Source: an uncultured SAR86 cluster bacterium (lineage in GTDB: Bacteria > Pseudomonadota > Gammaproteobacteria > Magnimaribacterales > AG-339-G14). From it: a DNA stretch of 64,000 nt. Of this stretch, positions 49,432-57,908 are shown piece by piece. Each line of letters starts with the position of its first letter. Position 1 is the first letter of the stretch. A program made the position numbers and the translations under genes. The notes below the pieces were generated by a model, which saw only the letters and a list, made by a program, of their open reading frames with translations, did no database searches and was not told the DNA's origin. The stretch is from assembly GCA_902542145.1 (NCBI GenBank), contig CACBTL010000005.1, forward strand, positions 5,735 to 69,734, given 5' to 3'.

Positions 49432-50157
49432 ATGAATCAAATAATTCAATTTTTCTTAAAGATTAGAAATAGTAGTTTTTTTAATGGAATCGTAATTTTT
49501 GTAATCATAGGATCTGCTATTTATGCAGGAGTAAGCTCTTACGATCTATCAGATGACTACGTTGGAATTTTAAATTTCTTAGATACTGCAATCACAGTTT
49601 TCTTTTTGATAGAGATAATAATAAGAATTGTCGCAGAGAGATCTTTAATTAAATTTTTCCAAAGTGGATGGAACATATTTGATTTCATAATTGTCACAGT
49701 CAGCTTAATTCCTATTACTGGAGGAGAAACAGCCTTTGTAGCAAGGTTGCTTAGAATAGTAAGAGTATTAAGAATTATCACAGTCGTTCCTGCCTTAAAG
49801 AAAATTGTAGATGCCTTATTTGAGACTCTTCCAAGAGTAGGTTTTGTTGCACTTCTAATGTTCATTTTTATATACATATGGGCTGCTATAGGTACATTAG
49901 TTTTCGGGACCACAGATCCAGAGCATTGGGGCAATATTGGCCTTGCAATGCTCACTCTTGCACAGGTTGCTACTTACGATGATTGGGCAGCGGTTATGAA
50001 AGATATTATTGAGGTGTTTCCTTGGGTATGGATTTATTTCATTAGTTTCATTCTACTTAACGCTGTAATAATGCTGAATATGGTAATAGGTATCATTGTT
50101 GATGTTATGTCGAAGAAATCCAGCAGCGGTCAACTAAGCGCAGATGAGAATCAATAA
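49432..50157 (+). CDS. BacNav-family 6TM voltage-gated cation channel, filter TYDDWA
   Basis: F.IEIIIR (S2), FF.SGWNIFDFIIV (S3), RLLRIVRVLR (S4), LNMVIGIIVD (S6); TATAAT 6 nt before the ATG. Confidence 0.92.
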   Translation: MNQIIQFFLKIRNSSFFNGIVIFVIIGSAIYAGVSSYDLSDDYVGILNFLDTAITVFFLIEIIIRIVAERSLIKFFQSGWNIFDFIIVTVSLIPITGGETAFVARLLRIVRVLRIITVVPALKKIVDALFETLPRVGFVALLMFIFIYIWAAIGTLVFGTTDPEHWGNIGLAMLTLAQVATYDDWAAVMKDIIEVFPWVWIYFISFILLNAVIMLNMVIGIIVDVMSKKSSSGQLSADENQ

Positions 50158-50386
50158 TTATTTGGTTCTTTTAATATCTCTAACTTTACTTTCTTGCACA
50201 TACGAAAAAGTTGTAAAAAACTCTATGTATGATTTGGATGAGTTTGATGCTTGTTATTTAGATCACAAATCATCTTTAGATGAAGATAAACAAAAATACC
50301 TTGATATGCTTATAAAGCTCAGAAAATACAATTGCACTCGCTACTATGAACTTTTTGTTAGAGGAACAATAATTCAGGGTTACTAG
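50144..50386 (+). CDS. Small hypothetical lipoprotein
   Basis: Lipobox LLSC; overlaps the channel 3' end by 14 nt; fills the gap to a convergent gene. Confidence 0.6.
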   Translation: MRINNYLVLLISLTLLSCTYEKVVKNSMYDLDEFDACYLDHKSSLDEDKQKYLDMLIKLRKYNCTRYYELFVRGTIIQGY

Positions 50387-52155
50387 AACCAGAAAATCAG
50401 CAGCAATGGAGTTGATATTGCAATGATAAGTAGCTCCAAAGGTAAACCAAGTTTCCAATAGTCTCCAAATTTATAATTACCAGGCCCCATCACTAAAGTA
50501 TTACATTGATGACCTATTGGTGAAAGAAAAGCACAGCTTGCACCAATGGCAACGCACATCAAGAAAGGTTCAGTAGGGTAGCCTAACTGATTAGCTATGG
50601 TTACTGATATTGGTCCCATGATAACTGCTGTAGCTGCATTATTAATGACATCGGATAAACACATGGTTGCAACCATTAAAATAATTAAAGTGCCTACTAA
50701 ACCAAATTGAATCGATTGAGTAGCTATAGCAGATGCAAGAATATTAGTCAGACCACTGTTATACAATGCATCGCCTATTGGGATCATGGCTCCAAGTAAT
50801 ACAATAACAGGCCATTCAATGTGCCTATACAGCATGTTTGGCTTTAATAACTTAGAGGCAACAAAAGCTAAAACACACAGCAAAAATGCTATAACAACAT
50901 TTAAAAAATTTGTGATAACAAGGAGTAAGCTAAATGAAAATAAACCTAGCGACAAAAGAATTTTAGAGTCATCTTTTATCACATCTAGCTCTCTTTGCCA
51001 CAAAGGCATTAGGCCTAGATCCTGCATTTTTTGGCTTGTATCTTTTTGCTCTTCCCTCGTTGCAATTAATAATACATCTCCAGATTTGAAGTGCTCGTTT
51101 GATAAACTTCCTTGAAAATTTGTTCCTTTTCTCCAAAGCCCTAAAATAGCCATTTGTCTTCCTGCCATTGTAGAAAAATAGTCTATAGTTCTTCCTATCA
51201 ATCTAGAGCCAGGAGAAATCATAGTTTCAATTTCACCAAAACTTCCTGAATCTAGATCTTTTATTTCAGTTCTAAGGGATAGTCCATATTTTTCTTGGAG
51301 ACTAGACACTTCTTCAGGATTAATTTTTAAAAGCAATATTTGTGATTCTTTTAATACATCAAAATTACTTAATATTTCTCTAGCATCTGAGGACTCATTT
51401 ACAGACCCGATAAGAACGATGTCAGATCCTAACTCTTTCCTAAACTCTTGGGTTCTTTTACCAATAAGTTCACTATCTTTATTTATTACTAATTCCACTA
51501 AATATTCATTAATATCTACTAAAGAGGAAGAGTCATTTTCTCCAGATCTATTTTTTACAAGAATGAATCCTAATAATGCTATGAAAACCAAACCACCAAT
51601 GCTTACAGGTAATCCTGCATAGGCAAAATCAAAGAATTCAAAGCCTTGATCGGAATATTGATCTCTAAATTCGGAAATAATAATATTTGGTGGCGTTCCT
51701 ATTTTAGTATTCATTCCACCTAAAATTGATGCAAAAGCAAGAGGCATTAAAAATTTAGAAGGGGACCAGCTCATTTTTTGGCATATTCCTAAGGTAACCG
51801 GTAGAAGCATTGCCATAGCTCCAATATTGTTCATAAATGAAGACAGTACAACTGCTATTCCCATCAAGATCACAAGAAATTGAAATTCACTACTGGCAAT
51901 TTTTTGAAGAAGGCTGCCAATTTTTCCTATCAATCCTGAAGCTTCTAAGCCCTTACTTATTAATAATACAAGTGCAACAGTTATCACAGCTGGATGGCCA
52001 AATCCAACGAATGCTTCTTTTGCAGGCACAAATCCAAGCACTACTAAAACCGCTAAACTTGTAAGCGCAACTGCATCATAGCGATATCTTCCCCATATAA
52101 ACATTCCCACCATTACAAAAAGTATGGCTGAAAGTAAGATTTGATTGGTATCCAT
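50383..52155 (-). CDS. SLC13/CitMHS-type permease with TrkA-C domains
   Basis: RYD.VAL, FGHPAV, FMNN, IGTPPNII, central soluble RCK_C-like region, INN.AT, PIGHQCN.LVMGPGNYKF.DY. Confidence 0.9.
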   Translation of the reverse strand: MDTNQILLSAILFVMVGMFIWGRYRYDAVALTSLAVLVVLGFVPAKEAFVGFGHPAVITVALVLLISKGLEASGLIGKIGSLLQKIASSEFQFLVILMGIAVVLSSFMNNIGAMAMLLPVTLGICQKMSWSPSKFLMPLAFASILGGMNTKIGTPPNIIISEFRDQYSDQGFEFFDFAYAGLPVSIGGLVFIALLGFILVKNRSGENDSSSLVDINEYLVELVINKDSELIGKRTQEFRKELGSDIVLIGSVNESSDAREILSNFDVLKESQILLLKINPEEVSSLQEKYGLSLRTEIKDLDSGSFGEIETMISPGSRLIGRTIDYFSTMAGRQMAILGLWRKGTNFQGSLSNEHFKSGDVLLIATREEQKDTSQKMQDLGLMPLWQRELDVIKDDSKILLSLGLFSFSLLLVITNFLNVVIAFLLCVLAFVASKLLKPNMLYRHIEWPVIVLLGAMIPIGDALYNSGLTNILASAIATQSIQFGLVGTLIILMVATMCLSDVINNAATAVIMGPISVTIANQLGYPTEPFLMCVAIGASCAFLSPIGHQCNTLVMGPGNYKFGDYWKLGLPLELLIIAISTPLLLIFWF

Positions 52156-52298
52156 AAAAGAATAGTTACTTTACATTAAGATGAATTGAATATCATGAAA
52201 CGATTAGATTTAATTAAAATCTCTTTGATCATAGATAAATTAAGGCTTTTTAGCATTAAATATAGTAAAATTTAATTACCAAATAAGTTTTTGTTAGT

Positions 52299-52327
52299 TT
52301 GACTATGTGTCATTTTGACAATAAAAT
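52299..52327 (+). promoter_or_regulatory. Sigma70 promoter TTGACT-N17-TAAAAT with palindrome TGTCA-N3-TGACA in the spacer
   Basis: -35 at 52299-304, -10 at 52322-27, palindrome 52308-20. Confidence 0.55.
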
Positions 52328-52383
52328 TCTCTTTTTTCTTAATTATGAGAAAAATATAGGGGAAAACTTCATGGAGTGGGTTT

Positions 52384-52860
52384 ATGAAGACAATAAACAT
52401 GAAAAAATTTAACAAAGTACTGATCCTTCCTTTGTTACTATTTGTATTAGCCAATTGTGCTGGTACTAACGTTACTACTTATTCTTCTGCGTCAATAATG
52501 CTAGATGATTTTATCGAGCAAAATGGAGGAAAAGGAGCAGTAAATGACGAGACAATACATTATCCTTTAGATATTCAAACTTTATCTTGTTCTGAAATGC
52601 AGGCAAATAGAATCAGAATTTCTAATTTAATTAACAATCTATCTGAAAGAGTTATCGAGAACTCAAATAGAAGCACTAGCTACTCTACTTATGGCTTAAC
52701 AAAGCACGATCCTTTGATTGGGACTAGTTTTATTGGTGTCAGTTCAGTTGGGTTAAATCCTGAAGTTACTGAATTCAGAAAGCTTAAATTAGTACTAGAA
52801 GAGCTCAATACAACTTCTATCCTCAAGTGTACTCCACCTGAGGTAATGAGAACTCCGTAA
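52384..52860 (+). CDS. Hypothetical lipoprotein
   Basis: Lipobox LANC; mature Cys pair (LSC.E ... KC); start could be 52399. Confidence 0.7.
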   Translation: MKTINMKKFNKVLILPLLLFVLANCAGTNVTTYSSASIMLDDFIEQNGGKGAVNDETIHYPLDIQTLSCSEMQANRIRISNLINNLSERVIENSNRSTSYSTYGLTKHDPLIGTSFIGVSSVGLNPEVTEFRKLKLVLEELNTTSILKCTPPEVMRTP

Positions 52861-52902
52861 ACAAATCCTAATTTCCAAGACTACATGGCTATATAATTAA
52901 TT

Positions 52903-53844
52903 ATGGCCATTCGTCTTGCGTATTTATTCAGTTTTTCATTTCTATTTCTTTATAGTATTTTTACTTTCTTCGGTATTGGTCTTTCACTAGAGCCTGGAAT
53001 GGAAATTGGTGGTATATCAAGATGGTGTGAAAGGGTAAGCGATAGTATTTTTAGAGAGCCTGTAAATACTCTTACAAACTTAGCTTTTATGGTGACTGGC
53101 TTAATAATGTTTCATGTTCTTAATCAAGATGAAGAAAATGTAAATACTTTCCATACCCTGACTCCAATAGCTATTTTGTATGCTTCAGCAGCTATCTTTT
53201 TAGGTCCAGGATCTTTTTTAATGCACGGTACTCATACAGAATGGGGTGGATGGGCTGATAACTTGAGTATGGTGATGTACATCGTTATCCCTTGGCTTTA
53301 TAACTTCAAGGTAATGGCTCAATGGAGCGTAAGTACCTTTTTTAAAATCTATCTAAGTATTATTGTTGCCTATGGTTTAGGTAGATGGTTTCTTGGTGAT
53401 GGTATGGGGATTGGATTTAGTGTTTATGGTGTATCTATAGGAATATGGGTTGTATCTGAATTCTTATTTAGATTTTGGAGTCAGAGAATGAGATTTATCT
53501 CTGGCTTTATAGGTTTTCTTGTAGCAGCTATATTTGGAATCTACCCTCAGGAAATTTTTAGTAATCTTGATCAGTATTGGTGGATCATATTTTTCTGGTT
53601 ACCCGGACTTGTTTGCAACTCTGAGCCTGATTACGAGCGAAGGCATTTCCCTTGGTATTTTGTTGGGATGTTTTTATATATTTCAGCTTTTGTAATTTGG
53701 TTGCAAGGTTATCCAGATCAACCTTTATGTAATCCAGATTCTTTGATTCAACCCCATGGTTTATGGCATATATTGTGTTCGTTAGCCACGTTGAGTTTCT
53801 TTGTTTTTTTAAGAACAGAACAAATAAAAAAAAGAGAGGCATAA
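52903..53844 (+). CDS. Alkaline-ceramidase-like (CREST superfamily) membrane hydrolase
   Basis: WCE...EPVNTLTNLAF, GSFLMH (SxxxH), WAD..SM, HGLWH (HxxxH Zn motif). Confidence 0.8.
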   Translation: MAIRLAYLFSFSFLFLYSIFTFFGIGLSLEPGMEIGGISRWCERVSDSIFREPVNTLTNLAFMVTGLIMFHVLNQDEENVNTFHTLTPIAILYASAAIFLGPGSFLMHGTHTEWGGWADNLSMVMYIVIPWLYNFKVMAQWSVSTFFKIYLSIIVAYGLGRWFLGDGMGIGFSVYGVSIGIWVVSEFLFRFWSQRMRFISGFIGFLVAAIFGIYPQEIFSNLDQYWWIIFFWLPGLVCNSEPDYERRHFPWYFVGMFLYISAFVIWLQGYPDQPLCNPDSLIQPHGLWHILCSLATLSFFVFLRTEQIKKREA

Positions 53845-53858
53845 ACCTCTCTTTTTTT
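53826..53858. terminator. Bidirectional intrinsic terminator
   Basis: A8-GAGAGG-CATAAA-CCTCTC-T7 between convergent genes. Confidence 0.88.
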
Positions 53859-53867
53859 AAATAGAAC

Positions 53868-54575
53868 TTATCTTCTCGGCCAAGCTTTAACTGGGATTAT
53901 TAAGGAAGTATTTAATACTTCTCTCATCCCTTTAACTTTTCTCGAAAATTTTTCAAAAGCTTTTGAAGATGTTTGTTCCGTAGCTCCATCAGTTAAAGTT
54001 ACAAAATCAGATGCTCCGATATAAACAAAATGAGTAAATTCATCATTACCATATAGCACTCTGTTTAGCCCATATGAGCTTGTAACTGAACCTGATTCAA
54101 CATTAGATTCCATTAGTTCTGACCAAGCCTCGGCGTACTCTTCTTCGTTTTCTAAGTTCATTCTCATATCATATTTAGTGAATGCACCGTCAACAGTCCA
54201 ATCATTGGCTTCAAAGATAGGAATAATCGCTAAGTTTGATACAGGGCTTGCGGAACTCAATATTGTTCCAAGCATAGTAGCGGCTTCAGGACAACTTTGC
54301 GTTAGTGCTCCTGCTTCTTGGAAGTCTTCCATAGTCATGTAAGAGGCAATAATAAAGTGTGTAGAGTCACTTGCTCCATTTAGCGTTTCTGACATCAATC
54401 CTAAGTCGCCTGGAAATTTCTTACCGCAATCAGATGCATGAAACTTATCCAAAGCGGAAACTACACCAACTGGATTCGTTACATTCATGTGATAAAAGAC
54501 ATGCATTGCATGCCTTTCACTTTGTGCAAAGATAAATCCAGATGATATAGAAATTAATAATAATAATTTTTTCAT
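53868..54575 (-). CDS. Secreted hypothetical protein, paralog family member 1
   Basis: Start moved to ATG 54575 (SD AGGAG); signal peptide; two internal repeats each with TH; Cys pair. Confidence 0.8.
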   Translation of the reverse strand: MKKLLLLISISSGFIFAQSERHAMHVFYHMNVTNPVGVVSALDKFHASDCGKKFPGDLGLMSETLNGASDSTHFIIASYMTMEDFQEAGALTQSCPEAATMLGTILSSASPVSNLAIIPIFEANDWTVDGAFTKYDMRMNLENEEEYAEAWSELMESNVESGSVTSSYGLNRVLYGNDEFTHFVYIGASDFVTLTDGATEQTSSKAFEKFSRKVKGMREVLNTSLIIPVKAWPRR

Positions 54576-54679
54576 AATTTCTCCTATATTAATGTTACCA
54601 ATATATATCAATCTGATTACTAAATTGAATCATAATCAAAAATTTTTCGAAGATATCACACAGATTATTTCATTAAGAT

Positions 54680-54713
54680 AAAAAAAAGAGAGACTATGGC
54701 CTCTCTTTTTTTT
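54680..54713 (-). terminator. Intrinsic terminator
   Basis: Minus strand GAGAGG-loop-TCTCTC (one G-U) followed by a U-run. Confidence 0.85.
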
Positions 54714-54722
54714 AATTAAATT

Positions 54723-55418
54723 TTAATTAGGCATATAGTCTTTTACAATAGTTACTAAATTAGTCCCAATAATTTCTCTCACTTTACCTGCTTTTGAAGA
54801 AAACTTCTGCATAGACTTTGTAGGAACTCTCTCTTGAAATACTTCCATTGCTGAATCCATATCTGGATATCCACAAAATGCCATGTGAGTTCCATAGCTA
54901 TCAACTCTTGATCCCGGTCCCCACGCAGCTAATCCCCACGAACCTGGGCAGCGACTATCTTCACTGTTCATCAGATCAGAATAAGCTTTTACGTAAGCAG
55001 ATGGATCTGATACGTTCATGATCCAAGAGACAAATACTGTATCCTTAAGTGTGTCACCACCGCTAACTACTGGAAAGGCTAGCATTTCATACGTCGAATT
55101 TGATATTTCAGACATAGTTTGAAAGTATTTAGTCCATCCAGGACAGGAAGCCCATTGACCGCTCCACTGCAAATAAGACTCATTATTTTCGAATAAGACT
55201 GCGTAAGAGTGAGTAGTGACTTCATCTGCATTAAAGTTTTCAGCCATTAATCTAACTACAGCTGATCCTCCAGGACACTCTTGTGAAAGCTTATCTGTAG
55301 CTGATAAAACTCCTAAAGGATTATTTGTCTCTATTCCGAAAAAGCCAAAGAAAGGACCATCAGCTGCCCAAACATTGGATAAACTAAAAAAAAGTGTAAA
55401 ACATAATATTTTTTTCAT
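54723..55418 (-). CDS. Secreted hypothetical protein, paralog family member 2
   Basis: Signal peptide; TTH and GTH repeats; two mature Cys pairs; SD GGAG. Confidence 0.8.
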   Translation of the reverse strand: MKKILCFTLFFSLSNVWAADGPFFGFFGIETNNPLGVLSATDKLSQECPGGSAVVRLMAENFNADEVTTHSYAVLFENNESYLQWSGQWASCPGWTKYFQTMSEISNSTYEMLAFPVVSGGDTLKDTVFVSWIMNVSDPSAYVKAYSDLMNSEDSRCPGSWGLAAWGPGSRVDSYGTHMAFCGYPDMDSAMEVFQERVPTKSMQKFSSKAGKVREIIGTNLVTIVKDYMPN

Positions 55419-55437
55419 TTTTTATTCTCCAATTAAA

Positions 55438-56139
55438 TTAATCGAATCTTGCAACGACAGTGCTCATTGAGACCCTTTCAATTGTTACAACACCTTGCAC
55501 TTTAGATTGAAAGTTTATGAATGCAGGCGAAGGACTCTTTGCATTTCTATGCGAAACTTCAAGATAAGTTTTCATGTCAGGATATCCACAGAAGGTCAAA
55601 TGAGTTCCCCAAGATGGATTTGTACCTGCTCCAATAGCAACCAATCCCCAAGAACTAGGACAAATTCCTTCGGCAGCAAGTGCAGGCATCAATTGCGCAT
55701 AAGCTCCTGCAAATTTTGCTGGATCAGTCACAGATATATTAAAAGCCTGAAAAACTGAATCTTTTAGTTGATCTCCACCACCCATTAGAGGAATTCCCAT
55801 TGAGGAAAAAGTAGTATCCACTACAGGGTTAGTTTTAGAAAAGTACTTAGCCCAACCATCGCAAGAGGATGTGCTGTTCCAATAATCCATAAATTCTTCA
55901 TTATTTGCAAAAGTACCAACAAATAAATGAGTTGATTCATCGTCTGCATCAAATGTATTAGCTAAAAGAGTAAACCTTCCTGCAGCAGGACAATCTCTGT
56001 TTAACTTATTCGCAGCATTTAGAACTGTTAATGGATCTTCAGTAGAAATACCAAAATATCCAACAACAGGGCCGTCGTTGTTTGCATAAGTTAAGGAAGA
56101 GAGGATTAAACTTAATAATATAAACTTTATTTTTTTCAT
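55438..56139 (-). CDS. Secreted hypothetical protein, paralog family member 3
   Basis: Signal peptide; STH and GTH; CPSSWGL and FCGYPDM shared with member 2; SD AAGGAG. Confidence 0.8.
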   Translation of the reverse strand: MKKIKFILLSLILSSLTYANNDGPVVGYFGISTEDPLTVLNAANKLNRDCPAAGRFTLLANTFDADDESTHLFVGTFANNEEFMDYWNSTSSCDGWAKYFSKTNPVVDTTFSSMGIPLMGGGDQLKDSVFQAFNISVTDPAKFAGAYAQLMPALAAEGICPSSWGLVAIGAGTNPSWGTHLTFCGYPDMKTYLEVSHRNAKSPSPAFINFQSKVQGVVTIERVSMSTVVARFD

Positions 56140-56264
56140 ATAATCTCCTTATTAGATAACTTAATATACAACATTAGGTAAGTTGATAATTAAAATTATA
56201 ATAAATTTACAAAAACGTAACATATTATTATTTATAAGTTAGGTGATCATTAAAAGGAGTAAAT

Positions 56265-57074
56265 ATGACAGAGGTATTGAAGTTAGAAAATTTGAAGGAG
56301 GAGGGTGTAACAATACTTACACTTAACAGACCTGAGGTCTTAAATAGCTTGAATAAAGAACTTGTTGATTCTTTATTAGAAGCTTTTAATGAAATCTATG
56401 AGGATAGTTCTATAAGATCAGTGATCATAACTGGAGAAGGTAGAGGTTTTTGTAGTGGCGCTGATCTAGCTGGGGGAGGTTGGCCTCATGATCCTAAATG
56501 GTCGCCAGGAGAGTCAACTGCTAATGCTATGGAGATTGGCTTTAATCCTTTAGTTAGAAAAATTGTTGATTGCCCTAAACCAGTTGTTAACGCAATAAAT
56601 GGTATTTCTGCCGGGGGAGGAGTTGGGTTAGCTCTCTGCGGTGATTTAATAGTTGCTTCTGAGTCTGCAAAATTCAAACTCGTTTTTGGTCCACAACTAG
56701 GAATTATTTCTGACGTTGGTGCTTCATGGTTAATTCCAAATTTACTTGGTAGAGCAAGGGCAAACGGAATGGCGCTCTTAGGTGAAGACATCGATTCAAG
56801 TAAAGCATTAAATTGGGGATTGATATGGGAAGTAATTCCTGACGATGAATTAAAAGAAAAAGCATTAGAGTATGCAATAAAACTAGCTAATGGATCTATT
56901 ACCGGATTAAAAGCTATTGTTAGAGCACATGATAATGCTCTTAAAAATACTCTTAACGAGCAGCTCGATTATGAAAGAGATACACAACGAATACTTTGTG
57001 ATGGGGACGTTTTCAAGGAGGGTGTAACTGCATTTATCGAAAAAAGGAAACCAAATTTTAGAGATATAGAATAA
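56265..57074 (+). CDS. Enoyl-CoA hydratase/isomerase (crotonase family, PaaG-like)
   Basis: LNRPEVLNSL, TGEGRGFCSGADL, PKPVV.AING..AGGG, EGV.AFIEKRKPNF. Confidence 0.92.
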   Translation: MTEVLKLENLKEEGVTILTLNRPEVLNSLNKELVDSLLEAFNEIYEDSSIRSVIITGEGRGFCSGADLAGGGWPHDPKWSPGESTANAMEIGFNPLVRKIVDCPKPVVNAINGISAGGGVGLALCGDLIVASESAKFKLVFGPQLGIISDVGASWLIPNLLGRARANGMALLGEDIDSSKALNWGLIWEVIPDDELKEKALEYAIKLANGSITGLKAIVRAHDNALKNTLNEQLDYERDTQRILCDGDVFKEGVTAFIEKRKPNFRDIE

Positions 57075-57115
57075 TTTCTCATCAAAAGAATAACTACTTC
57101 ATAGCAAGGCTTTTT

Positions 57116-57853
57116 TTAATCGAATTTTTCCCAATGAAACTTAGGCAATTTTCTAACGCCTTTATCTATTTGTTCAGCCCAAATATCTGATAATTCCTTA
57201 AAAAAAGGAGAATCAAGTTTAAGTTGTTCTTGAAAATCCAAATTAATTTCATCTTTCTTAAAAACAACTAAATCAATAGGAGGTCCTACTGTTAGATCTG
57301 ATCTCATTGTAGAGTCTAAAGAAAGTAAAGCGACACGAGCCGCATCACCTAGTGAAATATTTTGATAGATCATTCTATCAAGGATGGGTTTACCGTATTT
57401 AATCTCTCCGATTTGCAAGTAAGGTTGATCATCAGACATATAAATAAAATTTCCTTCAGGATAAACAAGCAATAGATTTGGATCTTGCCCTTTTATTTGG
57501 CCACCAACTATAAAATAAGAACCAAGCATGGCAGATCCCTGATTCAAATTTTCTTGTGTCTTAGATTGATATTCAACGTTTAGTTCGCCAATATAAGTAG
57601 CAACCTCCTCTATGTCTGCGCATGTATTTAGGCTTCTTACTGCGTTTTTGGAATCTAAATCTTTTTCAATTCTGTGATAAACAGCTTGTGAGGTAGAAAG
57701 ATTTCCAGATGTTAAAATTACAAAAGCTCTGTCTCCCACATTAAATGTAAACATTTTTGAGTATGTGCTTATGTTATCAAGTCCAGCATTAGTTCTTGAA
57801 TCTGAAGCAAATACTAATCCATTATTTATTTTTATTGCTAAACAATAGGTCAT
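57116..57853 (-). CDS. Anbu proteasome-type Ntn peptidase
   Basis: MTYC (N-terminal Thr nucleophile), SDSRTNAG.D, SGNL, YPEGNFI, QIGE.KYGKPILDR, DSTMRSDLTVGPPID. Confidence 0.93.
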   Translation of the reverse strand: MTYCLAIKINNGLVFASDSRTNAGLDNISTYSKMFTFNVGDRAFVILTSGNLSTSQAVYHRIEKDLDSKNAVRSLNTCADIEEVATYIGELNVEYQSKTQENLNQGSAMLGSYFIVGGQIKGQDPNLLLVYPEGNFIYMSDDQPYLQIGEIKYGKPILDRMIYQNISLGDAARVALLSLDSTMRSDLTVGPPIDLVVFKKDEINLDFQEQLKLDSPFFKELSDIWAEQIDKGVRKLPKFHWEKFD

Positions 57854-57908
57854 TTTTTAATCTAAATGGATGTTATATTCGTTAAAGCGGAGATAAGTAA
57901 ATAACAAA

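Noticed and set aside
44089-50386. CRP site associated with the cyclase cluster
   Set aside because: No TGTGA-N6-TCACA-like site was seen in the short spacers.
52272-52454. 60-aa minus-strand ORF
   Set aside because: It overlaps the lipoprotein start and its promoter, with no motif or clear SD.
57854-57908. Sigma54/NtrC site for the Anbu system
   Set aside because: There is no TGGCAC-N5-TTGC match, only a possible extended -10 (TGTTATATT).
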